A stretch of 61,382 nucleotides of DNA, filler included. It is 5 parts of 5 records of this genome, joined end to end, with 100 filler letters (N's around TTAATTAATTAA, not from the genome) between each part and the next. Parts side by side here need not be neighbours in the genome. Positions count along the whole stretch, not along the records: positions 28,149 to 45,675 come from DRR723986_9105; 4 more parts are not named here. One strand, given 5' to 3'. Under the pieces are notes generated by a model, which saw nothing but the letters and a program-made list of their open reading frames with translations, did no database searches and had not been told where the DNA came from. The translations under genes were made by a program, and so were the position numbers. Shown here piece by piece: positions 33,718 to 44,100 of this stretch (the first letter of the stretch is position 1; each line of letters begins with the position of its first letter).

Positions 33718-34668
33718 CTACTTGACCAGAATCAGTCGCCGAGTAGCTTTAAAATGTTCTCCTTTGACTTGGATATCGTAGCTACCACTACCATTGTGAA
33801 ATTTACTAGCGCTGAAGGTGAAGACGTGTTCTGTAGCTTCCAGTAACCCTTCATATAATAGCGCAACCCTACTCCCCAATACATTGAATACCTCAACTCT
33901 CGCATGTTGGGCACGGCCCAAGGTCAGATTGATACTTGCATCCGTAGCACATGGGTTTGGATAGACCAACGACAGACTATAGCCTTGAGGACTCACGAGG
34001 TCAACCTCACTGGAGCCCAGAATCTCCAACGAATAAACCAAATCATCAATCAAGACCCCGTCTATGCTCGATCCCGTCGCGAAATGGATTTCAACTTCTT
34101 TGAACGCTGTTTCGCTAACAAAGCCAAGAAAGGAGAAAACACCTTGCCCCTGGCCACTCGAAAATGACACGCTTGGAAGTGCAGCGCCTATATCTGTGCC
34201 AAAACCTGTCGAGTTGAAGTCCGCTTCAACATCCACAAACGTTGCACCAAAAGCTTTGACGGGTTTATTGAAACTTATCTTGAGGATCCCTTCTATAGAG
34301 CCTGAACTTGCTGGTCCCAGCATATTTGTGCCACTAGGTGGGACAGGTATCTGGCCAGGCGCAGGGTTACCGACAAACACTCCTTCTCCAGTTACTAAGG
34401 AAATGAAAGGAGAACCTGGGCTGCTCGAAAACTCATCGCCTGCTATAGGAGCCTCGATCGATCCTTCTATGCTGTCGAAGTCAATAATTATAGGACTCGT
34501 CCCAATTTTATCAATCCAGGCGTCAAAGTTATTTTCAAATGTAGCTACCTGAGCATAGCTGCTTGCGCTGGCAGCGAATACCACGCTCAGTGCCATTATG
34601 AAACTTATCCCATTCATAGCATCGAATCCAAGAAAAAGGGTGGAATTTGTGTGCATTGGGTTGAGCAC
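33718..34668 (-). CDS. Secreted protein with T9SS type A C-terminal sorting domain
   Basis: Signal peptide ending SYA-Q. C-terminal YPNP...VEVFNVLGSRV...GSY...TRRLILVK. Real start probably near 34620. Confidence 0.82.
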   Translation of the reverse strand: MLNPMHTNSTLFLGFDAMNGISFIMALSVVFAASASSYAQVATFENNFDAWIDKIGTSPIIIDFDSIEGSIEAPIAGDEFSSSPGSPFISLVTGEGVFVGNPAPGQIPVPPSGTNMLGPASSGSIEGILKISFNKPVKAFGATFVDVEADFNSTGFGTDIGAALPSVSFSSGQGQGVFSFLGFVSETAFKEVEIHFATGSSIDGVLIDDLVYSLEILGSSEVDLVSPQGYSLSLVYPNPCATDASINLTLGRAQHARVEVFNVLGSRVALLYEGLLEATEHVFTFSASKFHNGSGSYDIQVKGEHFKATRRLILVK

Positions 34669-34781
34669 ATTACATACATACTACCTTAAAATCCAACAAA
34701 ATGAACTAAATATTTTTGTTATTAATCGTGAAAATCCGAAAAACTTCAATAGAAATAAGTCAATGAAAAGTCCTATTCAAT

Positions 34782-36266
34782 CTAATTTACTCGACCGTTC
34801 GACCGCTCAGCCACCATCTTCACGATGCCTTCGGCAATCCACTCCAAATACCTGTCCGGATCAAGCCCCAGTAACCGCAAAACCAAGGCATCAATCTCAC
34901 CCCGTTCCGGTTGCTCTAGTTCACGTTCAATCGTCTCAACCGGCCTGGCAAACCAGTCAGGCGGTACTGGCGGCACTTTCGATAAATCTCTTGGCACCGG
35001 TACATGCTTCCAATCCGACATTTCCAATTTGGCCGCTCCACCACCAAGACCGACACGTGCATGAACTTCACGGAACAGCGCAAACACGGACGAATTCATA
35101 TAGGCCAACGCAGCTTTCGCTTTTGCGGAACTATCAAACGTGCAGGTGAAGAGATTGTGATCGATGAGTGCGCCCTTGGGTGATTCAAAAACAGCAAAGC
35201 GATTGCCGGTACTCATTGGCAAAAGTACGTCACCGCTCGCAGCCTCAGGCAAGCACCACCAGCGGCGACGTCCTCTTACTGACGGAACCAATGGCCAAGC
35301 CGTGCCTGTTTTGTTGACCTTCGACTCGCCCCACTTGATGTATTTCAATGCGCCGAAACACTTTCGTTTTCGCAGAGTACCTTGGTATTCCTGACACACA
35401 AACGCTCGATACTCCAGAGCATGTGCATTGGGTGCTGCAACTGTTAACAAGTCGCGTGGGCTACGCACCAGTGATTTAAGGAATTCTGCTTCTATGTAAA
35501 AGCGATTTTTGCATGGAGTCTCAATCAGCAATTTGTCTTTTTTACGTGCACCCGGATTATCACGTACTAGTCGCACGTAGAAAAATGCATTTATTCCAGA
35601 CTTAACTCCGGGCTTAATCCTAGCAATTTTTTGTAACTCCGTTAAACGATCTCCGCAGGAATGCAGTATCTCAAAGTATACTTCAGGAGCACGCAGATAG
35701 CGATTCCAAATACTAGGTGCTCTTGCTACTCTTGTGGTGCATCGCAGTTCTTTTTGCGGCACAAGACGTTCGTAGTTATTGATGTTATTATCATTGCATT
35801 GCTCAGCTCCTTGTTCCTTGGAATTCAGCAAAGGTTTAAGCAGAGTAACAAATCGGCAAGGGCTGTTAACTACGGAAGGTCTTTTCGTATTCTCAAAAAT
35901 GAGGATAACTGCTCTGACATCAATTTCTGCACTAAACCATTTCTCGACCCACGAAGTTTTAACAGAGTGAATTGTATAATTCTCAATCAGGAACAACTGG
36001 AGTTGCATCGCGTAGCCCGCGCACAGCCACGAATATGGACCAATAACTCCAATACGAGCAGCCTTTGCCAGCAGCTTGGCCAGGTATACCTGAATGTAGA
36101 CCGAACTGTCCGCATTGCCTGGAATTGAAAATTGGGACACTTTGGTTTTGTGGCATTGTTTAATAGCCTTAAAACCGGAGCGAATAAAGGGCAGGTTGCT
36201 CACAAGCACTTGCATTCGTGGAATCACAAGTACGTCTTGTCTGACTATGTTAACTGCTTTTGGCAC
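34782..36266 (-). CDS. C-terminal portion of an Eco57I/type IIG-like N6-adenine MTase (variant motif IV onward plus TRD), lacking motif I
   Basis: VSNLPFIR (NPPY-like), RIGVI..YSWL..GYA..LQ.FL, EKWF, W.RYLRAP..YF.IL, GVKSG.NAFFY, ALKYIKWGE, GLGGGAAKLE. Confidence 0.75.
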   Translation of the reverse strand: MPKAVNIVRQDVLVIPRMQVLVSNLPFIRSGFKAIKQCHKTKVSQFSIPGNADSSVYIQVYLAKLLAKAARIGVIGPYSWLCAGYAMQLQLFLIENYTIHSVKTSWVEKWFSAEIDVRAVILIFENTKRPSVVNSPCRFVTLLKPLLNSKEQGAEQCNDNNINNYERLVPQKELRCTTRVARAPSIWNRYLRAPEVYFEILHSCGDRLTELQKIARIKPGVKSGINAFFYVRLVRDNPGARKKDKLLIETPCKNRFYIEAEFLKSLVRSPRDLLTVAAPNAHALEYRAFVCQEYQGTLRKRKCFGALKYIKWGESKVNKTGTAWPLVPSVRGRRRWWCLPEAASGDVLLPMSTGNRFAVFESPKGALIDHNLFTCTFDSSAKAKAALAYMNSSVFALFREVHARVGLGGGAAKLEMSDWKHVPVPRDLSKVPPVPPDWFARPVETIERELEQPERGEIDALVLRLLGLDPDRYLEWIAEGIVKMVAERSNGRVN

Positions 36267-36942
36267 AGTTGTTTACCTTTTTGTAGTCCGGCGTGTTGAT
36301 TATCCGCAGTTCGCCCAACTTGATACGACCAATTTCGTATGCACGTTCGAACTGATGTGAATCCAGCCCACCAGGTTCAAAGTCAAACACATCTGCACAG
36401 ACCAGCAGGCCACGTAGTTGGAAGACAGTTAAATTGACTGCACTCATTTTAGCCATACATTGATCAACGTCGACGCCATATAATGTTGCATTTGCTGCAT
36501 ATCGTCCTGCGGCTAAGAGAAAGCGACCATTACCACAACAAGGATCGCATATGTTAAGCGCTAAATTTCGCTGGTCAGGTTTAATCATCTCGCGAACAAT
36601 ATAGTCTGCTAACTCTTGCGGCGTCAGCGTTTGGCCTTTGGATTTGTCTCCGAATCCCGCGTGCTCAAAATAGTCACCCAAAACGTCGGCCTGTTCGCGG
36701 AGCATACCTTGTTTACAGATATCTATTGCAGAGTTCAATGCTGGTGATCTTTTCAAATCTGCAGTAACTTGACCAGATGTTTTCAGCAGTTCGCCATTAT
36801 TTGCTAAGCCATTATCACAACAGCTTTGTATCATCAACTCCAGAAATGCATCGAATACGCTTTTGAGGCCTACATTTTGCGAGACCATATTCATAAAAAT
36901 GGAGTGCAATTGATGAGCTGTTTTGGTTTGAAACTTAAACAT
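36250..36942 (-). CDS. Short N-6 DNA methylase-like protein (motif X and motif I, no NPPY motif IV)
   Basis: DVLGDYFE...KGQTLTP, ICDPCCGNGRFL, YGVDVD..MAKMS. Overlaps the downstream ORF by 17 bp. Start MFKF (36942). Confidence 0.8.
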   Translation of the reverse strand: MFKFQTKTAHQLHSIFMNMVSQNVGLKSVFDAFLELMIQSCCDNGLANNGELLKTSGQVTADLKRSPALNSAIDICKQGMLREQADVLGDYFEHAGFGDKSKGQTLTPQELADYIVREMIKPDQRNLALNICDPCCGNGRFLLAAGRYAANATLYGVDVDQCMAKMSAVNLTVFQLRGLLVCADVFDFEPGGLDSHQFERAYEIGRIKLGELRIINTPDYKKVNNCAKSS

Positions 36943-36952
36943 CTTAATTAAA

Positions 36953-37570
36953 CTATTCCTGGCCAGTGCTTTGAGAAGGCTCACTGGAGTCCTTACGAAA
37001 GGGGTAATCCGCAAAGTCTTCCAGCAACTGAATTAGATACAAGAGGTTTCCAGCGGCATAAATAGCAGTTACACGATGCTGCGGCTCAAGAATGTCATCT
37101 GCGTAGACTTTCATCAATTCGAATGAAATTATTTCATTGAACCAGCGGCTATCATCGACCAAGCCGTAGCGTGAGATGTAGCGGAAGAATGGCTTCCAGA
37201 GTTCGATCATACGCCAGGACTCCGGCGGCAGTGCCCGTGCATACCGCTCTTGATCCGTGAATGCAATGAAGTTAAACAAGGTCTGCGCGTAGGCTATCGG
37301 AACTGCAATCGGAGTCAATTCCTGACTGAACTTTGCACCTACCAGAGCACGTAATTCAGGATGCAGCAGTTTTACACCACGGATTGCGGGTGTGCTCTGC
37401 ATACGAGCGAGTACTGATTGAATCGACATATGGTCAAGACCCATTTCACCGAATTTATTACACGATTCGCAATGATATTTCTGTTTGCAGGATTCTGTCG
37501 TTCCGTTCAGTAGAATGTCGGTTGAGCCGCAGTGCGGACAACTCCAGTTCGATTGAGCACGCGTACTCAT
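36953..37570 (-). CDS. Hypothetical protein: IS1/InsA-like zinc ribbon plus unknown helical domain
   Basis: CPHCGSTDILLNG....KQKYHCESC. C-terminal AIYAAGNLLYLIQLLEDFA. Confidence 0.75.
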   Translation of the reverse strand: MSTRAQSNWSCPHCGSTDILLNGTTESCKQKYHCESCNKFGEMGLDHMSIQSVLARMQSTPAIRGVKLLHPELRALVGAKFSQELTPIAVPIAYAQTLFNFIAFTDQERYARALPPESWRMIELWKPFFRYISRYGLVDDSRWFNEIISFELMKVYADDILEPQHRVTAIYAAGNLLYLIQLLEDFADYPFRKDSSEPSQSTGQE

Positions 37571-37573
37571 TGT

Positions 37574-37981
37574 TTAAGCACCCATCCCATCTATGTCGTC
37601 CCCAACACGATGCAATGCATTGGCAATGTCGATCAGAATGCGATTCATCTCGAAGAGATTGCCGCAAGCATAGAGAATGCGGGCTTTTTGTTCCCTGTTC
37701 AGATTCTCACTCTCAATGACCGGCGCTATTTGCAGAATCAGACCATCGATAAAGCTGGCCTGGCGTGGATCGTATTCGCCGACGGCGGCATCGAAGAATT
37801 GCCCAAAGCAGTCCAGGTAAATGTCTGCGTCGCTATTCCGCGATCTATTAACATGCTTAACAATGTAGGCATGTATGGCACGCGCTGTAGCATAGCTTTG
37901 TTCGTTGATAAGTCGCATATGTCCGGTTTCGTCAAGGATCACCCTGCGCAACTCGGGATCGTCAATCTCGAATTTCGACAT
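37574..37981 (-). CDS. Hypothetical helical protein, paralog of the C-terminal domain of 36953-37570
   Basis: ILYACGNLFEMNRILIDIA. Ends 3 bp before the next gene starts. Confidence 0.72.
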   Translation of the reverse strand: MSKFEIDDPELRRVILDETGHMRLINEQSYATARAIHAYIVKHVNRSRNSDADIYLDCFGQFFDAAVGEYDPRQASFIDGLILQIAPVIESENLNREQKARILYACGNLFEMNRILIDIANALHRVGDDIDGMGA

Positions 37982-38200
37982 AATTTCTTCAGTTTTAGAA
38001 AATGAATCAGCTACGCGTTGTGTGCTCTTCCAGATGAAGTATAAACGCGTTCAGGCAAAAACTCCCCTGCCAAAGCAGCTCAAAAGCATGCTCCAGATTG
38101 AGATGATTGATTTTGGTTTAATTATTCCAGAATTGCCGTTGGGCTGATAGTCTACCATTTCCCAAAATGGAGACTGACAGACATTCTGACGTGGGCAACT

Positions 38201-39859
38201 CTAATCTTCAACCGGCGCTTTCACACTGGAATCTTTCGTGTTAACAGTATTCGGCAGTGCCTCCTTTGAAGCAGTGCGATACTGTTTGACAAAAACACCT
38301 TCTTGCTCGATCTGTTCGAGTTCATGAAGCACACGTTCCCAGATGTGTTCGTAGGGGACAATTTCTTCGATTTGCATACTTCCAAAAGTATCAGGACAAT
38401 GATGCGTACTAAGTTGCTGAAAAGTGGCTTCGGTACGCTCCCTGATTTGCCTCATGTCGTATTGACATTGGACGACGGCAATGAAAAATTTGAAAAGAGT
38501 TTCAGTGCGCCAAAAGCGGCCATATCCATCATTGTGGAGGTTTTTGTATATGTAGTTATCCAGCGCCTTGATTCTGGATTCAAACAAGTCGAATTGGCGC
38601 TCTCGTAGTCTGTACAAGACCTGAAATATCAGGATGGAAATATTCAGACCGGCTTTATCTTTACGAACAACATCAACTTCTTGCAATAAGCGATTAATGT
38701 GGAACGAAGCTCCATGAACAGTGACGTTAAGCGCCATCACATTTTCAGCCGAACTGAACAACCTCAAATAACCTTCCAACACAGTCCAAACTTCAACGCG
38801 TAGCGGATCTTTCTTGAAGCCTTTTTGTGCTAGCCCCCATCGGAAGAGTTCAAATGCGTTTGTCCACTCTTTAAGATGTAAATTGAGAATTATGTGCAAT
38901 GTTTGATGCATGAACCAACTCAGCGTGCCAATTTGCTGATGTTTTATGCCCAAATCAGCTAAGTACTGCGCACGCGAATAATCTCGCATAATTAAACAGC
39001 ATCTCAAGGCCGAGTAGCAAATCTGGGCAACTTCGCTATTATACCGGAGATGTGTGTTCTCATCCAAGAAATTCAAATAGTCTTCATATATCTGAAATGC
39101 TTTATCGAAATCCCCACTGTGCCGATAAACCAAGCTGCCAACAACACTAAGGTCATGCCATAAACTTCTGGACTGATATTTGTTAACATCATCCTGGAGT
39201 TGTACTACTTCGCCAACCATAGCTTTAATGTTCGCGGGATCAATTGCAAGCTGTTCTGTTAACTCCGCTCTGATACGCGTTTTCAGATTCGATGCTTTGA
39301 CTTCTGCATTTAGGATTTCCAACAAATCTTCGACCCTGTTAGCATAGGCCAGGCAATCCTGCTTTGGTCCGTGAATCGACGCATGATACTTCAGAATTTC
39401 AATGCTACGAAGCTCCTCACGCGTAAGGTGGTACCTGGCCGCTTTCTTTTGCACGCGTAAGGCAATTGTTCGCATGGCAGAATGGCTTTGAAACCACATT
39501 AACAGTTCCGCTACCACAAGCTCCTTCTTCGTTGAATACATATTGACCAGATATTCGGAGTATGAACGATGGCAGATGTTCAAAAACAACAGCGCATTCA
39601 TCAAACGATTAAATAACTTGTACTTACTTGATCGTAGTGAGTTTAGTCGTTTTGAGTTATCGGCTTGCCCAGAATGAAGAAGGTCGGCGGCATCCTGATC
39701 GCTTATATCCTGATCTTTGACAATTAACTTGAGCAGCTTCCCCTGGGGGCTTTTTTGTTCCATTGCATGAGAATAAGTCGGATTTCGGCGGCTCATTAGC
39801 CTCTTTATCAGATCATGCATTTCTTTTATTGCTTGCATATTTTCGCCTGTTTTGGGCAT
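38201..39859 (-). CDS. Large all-alpha (TPR-like) hypothetical protein
   Basis: 552-aa ORF with helical repeats and motifs KDKAGLNISILI, EIVPYEHIW. Start may be 39838. Confidence 0.75.
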   Translation of the reverse strand: MPKTGENMQAIKEMHDLIKRLMSRRNPTYSHAMEQKSPQGKLLKLIVKDQDISDQDAADLLHSGQADNSKRLNSLRSSKYKLFNRLMNALLFLNICHRSYSEYLVNMYSTKKELVVAELLMWFQSHSAMRTIALRVQKKAARYHLTREELRSIEILKYHASIHGPKQDCLAYANRVEDLLEILNAEVKASNLKTRIRAELTEQLAIDPANIKAMVGEVVQLQDDVNKYQSRSLWHDLSVVGSLVYRHSGDFDKAFQIYEDYLNFLDENTHLRYNSEVAQICYSALRCCLIMRDYSRAQYLADLGIKHQQIGTLSWFMHQTLHIILNLHLKEWTNAFELFRWGLAQKGFKKDPLRVEVWTVLEGYLRLFSSAENVMALNVTVHGASFHINRLLQEVDVVRKDKAGLNISILIFQVLYRLRERQFDLFESRIKALDNYIYKNLHNDGYGRFWRTETLFKFFIAVVQCQYDMRQIRERTEATFQQLSTHHCPDTFGSMQIEEIVPYEHIWERVLHELEQIEQEGVFVKQYRTASKEALPNTVNTKDSSVKAPVED

Positions 39860-40015
39860 AAATCGCCGTTATTTGAAGCGGTTGTGTAAATTGAGCGGTT
39901 TTTGCAGCAGTCATGGAAACCGGTAATTCGGGAGGCACCGAGAAATTGACCAGAGTATACTTGCCCAATAATAGAAACATTGCGACAAGTGTACCTTGCA
40001 TCGGAAATAGCTCTT

Positions 40016-40231
40016 ATGGTATTTGAAACCCTACTCTGCATACTATTGTACCTCGGTGCAATAATCAGCCCCGGCTCCTACAGCTACACGTTCATAGATG
40101 AGCAAACTGTAGCCAACCAAGCTGCTATCGACCAAATTCACAACGATCCAGTCCAGGAGCAAGCGATTGTCCAGCAATACACTCCCCAATTGGAATTCCT
40201 GGATCTGTATCCGGACGAAGCGGTAGACTAG
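40016..40231 (+). CDS. Small (71 aa) acidic protein with hydrophobic N-terminus
   Basis: MVFETLLCILLYLGAIISPG...NQAAIDQIHNDPVQEQAIVQQYTPQLEFL. Coding status is supported by a paralog at 40666. A hairpin follows at 40245-40260. Confidence 0.7.
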   Translation: MVFETLLCILLYLGAIISPGSYSYTFIDEQTVANQAAIDQIHNDPVQEQAIVQQYTPQLEFLDLYPDEAVD

Positions 40232-40665
40232 AGTCATCTTTGGTTCGCACCACGGTGCGATCGGTGTTCTGATGAACTAAGAAAGAAATGACTGCAACCG
40301 GTCCATGCTTGCCGATTTGGTGACTGAAGCTAATAAAGCTAGATATATCCGGCAAATGATATATGAGTTGTTGGTCCGTTTCGTAATGATGTAATTTCCG
40401 AGACTGTATGAGTCACTCTTGGACCGAACTATGTAAAAACGTCGATTTTCAGGCAAAATGCGTGCATTCTGGTTTTTTATCTTATCGTGGCTGCTTTGTT
40501 TGCATAAAAGTGATCAGTCATGATATCTGATTGAATCACGCTGCAGACGAACAATTTTTAGGAATGTGGCCACGGCAATCTACCGAGCGATTTCGGCTGG
40601 CAAACACATTGCTCTCGTCCAGGTTTTTTTAGCCATTACAAGATCCAATCTACAGATACCTGATA

Positions 40666-40876
40666 GTGGAAGATTTGTGCAGCACCCTCTTATGCCATTC
40701 CGTTGTAGATAGGCCCCGCTCATACAAATACCAGCAGATAGTGTTATTGTGGCGCAACCAACCAAACAGAGGTGGATTTGGTTCACAGCAATCCCAAGCG
40801 GGAACAGGTGATTATTGCCGAATTTTCCACTCAGTTAGAGTTTCTCCGTCTCTGCGAACCCGATGCAGAGAATTGA
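40666..40876 (+). pseudogene. Frameshifted paralog of 40016-40231
   Basis: Frame A EDLCSTLLCHSVVDRPRSYKY; shifted frame from about 40760 NQTEVDLVHSNPKREQVIIAEFSTQLEFLRL..., stop 40874-40876. Confidence 0.72.
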
Positions 40877-41160
40877 GTCTCTAATATTATGCGCTGTGGG
40901 AGAAATATATCCGAAAGCTGTCGTATTTTGTAATCTAGCCATTGGAACGCACAGCGGAGCGGGTGCAGAGTAGAGGGTTATATAGCAATCAAATACGACT
41001 GCAATACAAATTCCAGACCCTTGCTAGAAGTCAGGATACTTAGTCCTTGATGATATGAACGAAGTTCAGATAGCACAATCTATAACACGGATGTCCTGGA
41101 CGCTGCTGCAAAGGCACTTGACCAAAAAATATCTTCACACAAGTATCGAATTACAAAACT

Positions 41161-44100
41161 ATGGATATCGACTTTAATCATATCGTTGAACGAAATGGAA
41201 GCAAGAATAATTCTTTCGAAGAGATGTGCTGTCAACTAGCAAATCTGCACTATGGTGAAAGTAGTCGATATACAAGAATTGACGGTAAAGGTGGAGACGG
41301 TGGTGTTGAAGCCATCATTGAAATTGACTCGGGTAAGAAAGTAGGAATTCAAGCAAAATATGTATTTGACGTCACGAACTTAGTTAAACAGCTCAAGAAA
41401 TCAATAGATGCAGCTCTCAATGTGTACACTAAATTTGAAAAGTACATAGTTTGCATTCCGTTTGACCTCTCTGGGCCTACTGGTAGGAAAGGAAAGAGTG
41501 CGATACAGAAGGTACAGGATCTGCTAGACAGCTACAAAGTTCAAGTACAAGAGAAGCGCATAAGTTTTGAAATATGGTCAAAATCCGTGTTGACTCAGCG
41601 CATACTGAGACTCGATGTAAACGGAGGGATGCGTCAATTCTTTTTTAACGGCAATGTGTTGTCAGAAGAGTGGTTTTCAAATAAACTGGCTTCTGCAGAA
41701 CAAACTGCTGGACCTAGATACTCCCGTGAACTTAACGTTGAGACCGAGCTTTATTGGTGGATGCAGGCATTTGGAAAAACAGATGAATGGAAGAGCAGTA
41801 TTGAATCGAAAATTTCGAGCATCCGTGATCTTTGCGGTCAAATAAGCGAGGGCTGCCAGGTCGTCAAACCGAATCCATTTCAGCCGCTGTGGCCTGAACA
41901 GCATAAGGCCACAGCCCTTGTTGTTGTGGACAGATTGGAAACGTGGACTTCACAGATTCAGTTAGCACATGTAGAATGGTCTGCATCAGGACTTGACGAA
42001 TTGAGAAACATTGCGAAACTAGTTTCAACAACTGAAAACGGTCTGCTGGAAGAACTGAAGCGTGAATTTGGTGATGAATTTCACGATACTGTGCGGTTCA
42101 GAGAGTTTCATTCAGAATTTAACGCGGCATTTCCGGCGGCAAATTTGGATTCAGTTCGCGAGCTTAAAACTCTTATCGACAGCATTGACCTTTGGATTGA
42201 GTCGCCACAGTTCTATTTGTCAACACAAAAATGTTTTGTGTTAACTGGAGATGCCGGAGTCGGAAAAACTCACGGAATCTGTGATACAGTAAAAGCTCGA
42301 CTATCAAGCGGATCACTATCTTGCCTAGTTTTTGGTCATCAGTTTGGCGCACAAGGAGACCCCTGGCTTCAAATCGCGGATTTGCTAGGTTTACATAGTG
42401 ACAATGGAACAGACGGAATTTTAGATCAACTGGATGCTGCGGGGAGAGCTGCTGGAAAGATATTAATTGTTTTTGTTGATGCTCTGAATGAAACCAAGCC
42501 CAATTCATTCTGGAGGAATAACCTGGCTTCTTTCATTCATGCCTCTAGCACACGTGATTTTGTAAAAGTATGTGTTTCCTGTAGATCGTCGTACTTAAGC
42601 TATTGCCTTCCACGCAATCATGATTACGAAATCGTTTGCCATCAGGGATTCAAAGGCGTGGAACAAGGTGCAGTAAACAAGCACTTCGAGCATTTCGGAT
42701 TACTTCCTCCAATCTCACCAATTTTGCACCCCGAATTTTCAAACCCTCTTTTCTTGCGTCTTGTTTGCAAATCACTTGAACTCAAAGGCTTGGATCAGAT
42801 GCCAGTTGGGTGGAAAAGTATGTTTGCAGTTATTAAAACTTACTTAGAAGAACTTGAGATTCAATTCAGCACTGATTTCGGAGTATCAGAACGACATAAA
42901 CTTGTATCGAAGTGCTTAAGTGCTCTGGCAAAAACTCTAATTATTTCAGAAAGCAAACAACTAACCCTTTCAAGTTCAGTGAGGTGTCTTGAAGAGATTT
43001 CAACCGGAATTGACCCTCTTCGCGTAATTGACTGGCTATTGAGTTCTAATTTGTTAATCGACGATGTCTTGCCAAATCCGGAAAGCTTAACCGAGGACTC
43101 GCTCATCAATTTTGCGTTTGAGAGGCTTGGAGATTTCCTAATTGCTTTTAGTTTATCAGGTGGGTTGTCACATGAGAATGTCCTCGCCTCATGTGAAGTC
43201 GGAGGAGCAGTCCATGAGTTTATACATCAAAGAGAAAACTATGAAAATTATCCTGGAGTAATCCAATCACTATCTATTCTAGTGCCTGAAGTGGTGGAGG
43301 GATGCGAAGCAGTTGACTTACTTGAAGATAGTTCCCTCAAACACATTCTGCATCAACAAATCGTTGAATCAATACCATTCAGAGATCCGGGGGCATTTAG
43401 CGAGTCGACCGAAAAGATTATTTGGGCCGCTATCAGAACCAATGAACTATGTGAACTAGCATTCAAGAACTTACTTGCCTTGTGCTGGTTTCCTTCGAGA
43501 CTAGACTCCTTATGGATCGACTGGTTTTTAAATCGCCTCTCAATGGTTGAACGTGACCGAGTTTGGTGTTTTATATTGTATAAGAGTTACTCTGAGAATG
43601 CATCGAACCTTAAGACATTAATTGAGAGAGCGGCAGGTGACAATGTTACAGTAATCGACAAGGATATGGCTTTTAGGTGGGCTGTGGGCTTGCTATGGTT
43701 TACGGCGTCACCCGACTTAAGAATCAGGCATGGGTCGGCAAGAGGGGCGACAAATCTGATGTCGCATCACCCTTCAATTGTCAAAGACATACTTCGAATA
43801 TTTTTGCACACTCGTGATCACTCCGTTTGTGAGATGGCATTGCTAGGTGCTTATGGTGCTCTACTAACTGGCGGTGATCATCAGGCTTTAAAGGATTCTG
43901 CATCTGTCATTTGTGAAATGATTGATTCGGATTCGGTAACCAAGCTTCAACACGCGCAAATTCGCGACTTATGCACCAGCATTCTCTACTATGCAAAAGA
44001 TCAAAAAGCCCTGAATGAGAATTGTAATATTGACAGGTTAATGCAACCAATAGAGGTTCATGAAGAGTTTGAGATTGCAACAGAAGAAGAGATTGAAGAA

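Noticed and set aside
33340-33720. Possible integron attC site
   Set aside because: Only weak AAC/GTT-like ends, no repeated cassette structure and no integron integrase.
36953-37570. IS1 transposase
   Set aside because: Only the zinc ribbon resembles InsA. No DDE/InsB domain or terminal IRs are seen.
40877-41160. Third copy of the small exported protein
   Set aside because: No convincing match to the NQ...QLEFL pattern.
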